A stretch of 62,992 nt of DNA, counting the filler, from Chiloscyllium plagiosum (lineage: Eukaryota): assembly GCF_004010195.1 (NCBI RefSeq). It is 3 parts of one record of this genome, joined end to end, with 100 filler letters (N's around TTAATTAATTAA, not from the genome) between each part and the next. Parts side by side here need not be neighbours in the genome. Positions count along the whole stretch, not along the records: positions 57,017 to 62,992 come from NC_057712.1; 2 more parts are not named here. One strand, 5' to 3'. Positions 61,787 through 62,992 of the stretch are shown one piece after another. A program made the position numbers and the translations under genes. The notes beneath the pieces are model-generated. The model was given only the letters and a program-made list of their open reading frames with translations. It made no database searches and was not told the origin of the DNA. The stretch's first letter is position 1. Every line of letters starts with the position of its first letter.

Positions 61787-61928
61787 AGGCATGGCATGTC
61801 ACACTGCTAAAATGGATAGTTTAGACATGTGTATGAAAATAACTTTGATTGAGGATGACAGACAACATACCCACTATATCATAAGATATTGCAACGTGTT
61901 AGTTGACTAAATGTTCTGTTTAAGGAGT

Positions 61929-62690
61929 CATGATTTGGAGGTGCCAGTGTTGGATTGGGGTGGACTAAGTTAAAAATTACACAACATCAGGTTATAGTTC
62001 AACAGGTTTATTTGGAAGCTCTCGCTTTTGAAGTGCTGCTTCTTCATCAGGTGGTTGTGAAGCAGAATCATGAGATACCGATGTTATAGCAACAGGATTG
62101 CAGTGTCATGGATTGGAATATTAAACAAATTCAGCTTATGTCTCTCATCTTTTAGAATGATCATATTAGTTTCAGTTCCATCATATGTAAATCCCAGAAC
62201 TTTTGTGTGTGTGTGCATGTGCCCGCTTGTGTGCATGTATGTCATCTGTAGTGTGACATGAACCCAAGATCCCAGATGAGGCCATCCCCATGGGTACTGA
62301 ACTTGGCAATCAGCCTCTGCTCGGTCACTTTGCGTTGTTGCCTGTCCCAAAGCCCGTCTTGGAGGACTGTCACCGAAGGTCCGAGGTCAAAGGTTCCAGA
62401 CTGCTGAAGTGTTCTCCGACTGGGAGGGAACACTCCTGTCTGGTGATTGTTGTGCGGAGCCCATTCAGCTGTTGCTGTCGCCTCTGTTCAGTCTCACCAA
62501 TGTACCATGCCTCGGGGCATCCTTGCCTGCAGCGTATGAGATAACCAACTTTGGCTGAGTCACATGAGTACCTGCTGTGTGCATGGTGGGTGGTGTCCCC
62601 ACGTGTAATGGTGGTATCCATGTCCACACTCTGACACGTCTTGCAGCGTCTGCCGTGACAGGATTGTACAGAGTTGTCCTGACATACCTT
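61929..62690 (-). mobile_element. Penelope-like element (family B) with GIY-YIG endonuclease
   Basis: Reads RRCKTCQ...YSCDSAKVGYLIRCRQGCPEAWYIGETEQ...LPVGEHFS...EQRLIAKFST. The terminus matches 6601-6726. Confidence 0.9.
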
Positions 62691-62694
62691 CTTT

Positions 62695-62992
62695 TAGCTT
62701 AAAAATGTGTTGCTGGAAAGGTGCAGCAGGTCAGGCAGCATCAAAGGAGAAGGAGAATCGACGTTTCGGGCATAAGCCCTTCCTCAGGAATGAGAAGGGT
62801 GTGCCAAGCAGGCTAAGATAAAAGGTAGGGAGGAGGGACTTGGGGGAGGGGCATTGGGAATGTGATAGGTGGAAGGAGGTTAAGGTGAGGGTGATAGGCC
62901 GGAGTGGGGGTGGGAGGTGGAGAGGTCAGGAAGAAGATTGCAGGTTAGGAAGGTGGTGCTGATTTCGAGGGTTGGGATTGAGACAAGGTGGG
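62695..62992 (-). mobile_element. Penelope family A terminal arm (continues beyond the window) with an intact hammerhead core
   Basis: The minus strand reads CTGAGGAaGGGCttatGCCCGAAACGTC at about 62786-62759. Homologous to 23750-24035. Confidence 0.85.

Overview
This is eukaryotic vertebrate genomic DNA, most likely a cartilaginous fish; that assignment is inferred from the V-SINE/Deu-SINE-like and CR1 repeat content. I can support no host protein-coding gene. The window is mostly nested transposable-element debris. It holds about 30 CR1 LINE pieces, one nearly complete at 959-4110. A decayed two-LTR Gmr1-like Gypsy element on the minus strand (about 39.4-49.6 kb) has a SCAN-like gag and a PR-IN-RT-RH pol order. 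A TIR-bounded Tigger/pogo DD36D transposon lies at 31108-33504, and there are two MITEs and several V- and Deu-type SINEs. The most striking pattern is many Penelope-like insertions from at least four families. They carry minimal hammerhead-ribozyme cores, and many form foldback palindromes with a 30-38 nt one-sided tail and 10-16 bp target duplications. Two TTAATTAATTAA islands inside N runs are assembly linkers. All identifications come from reading motifs by eye; no searches were run. Boundaries of old elements are approximate.
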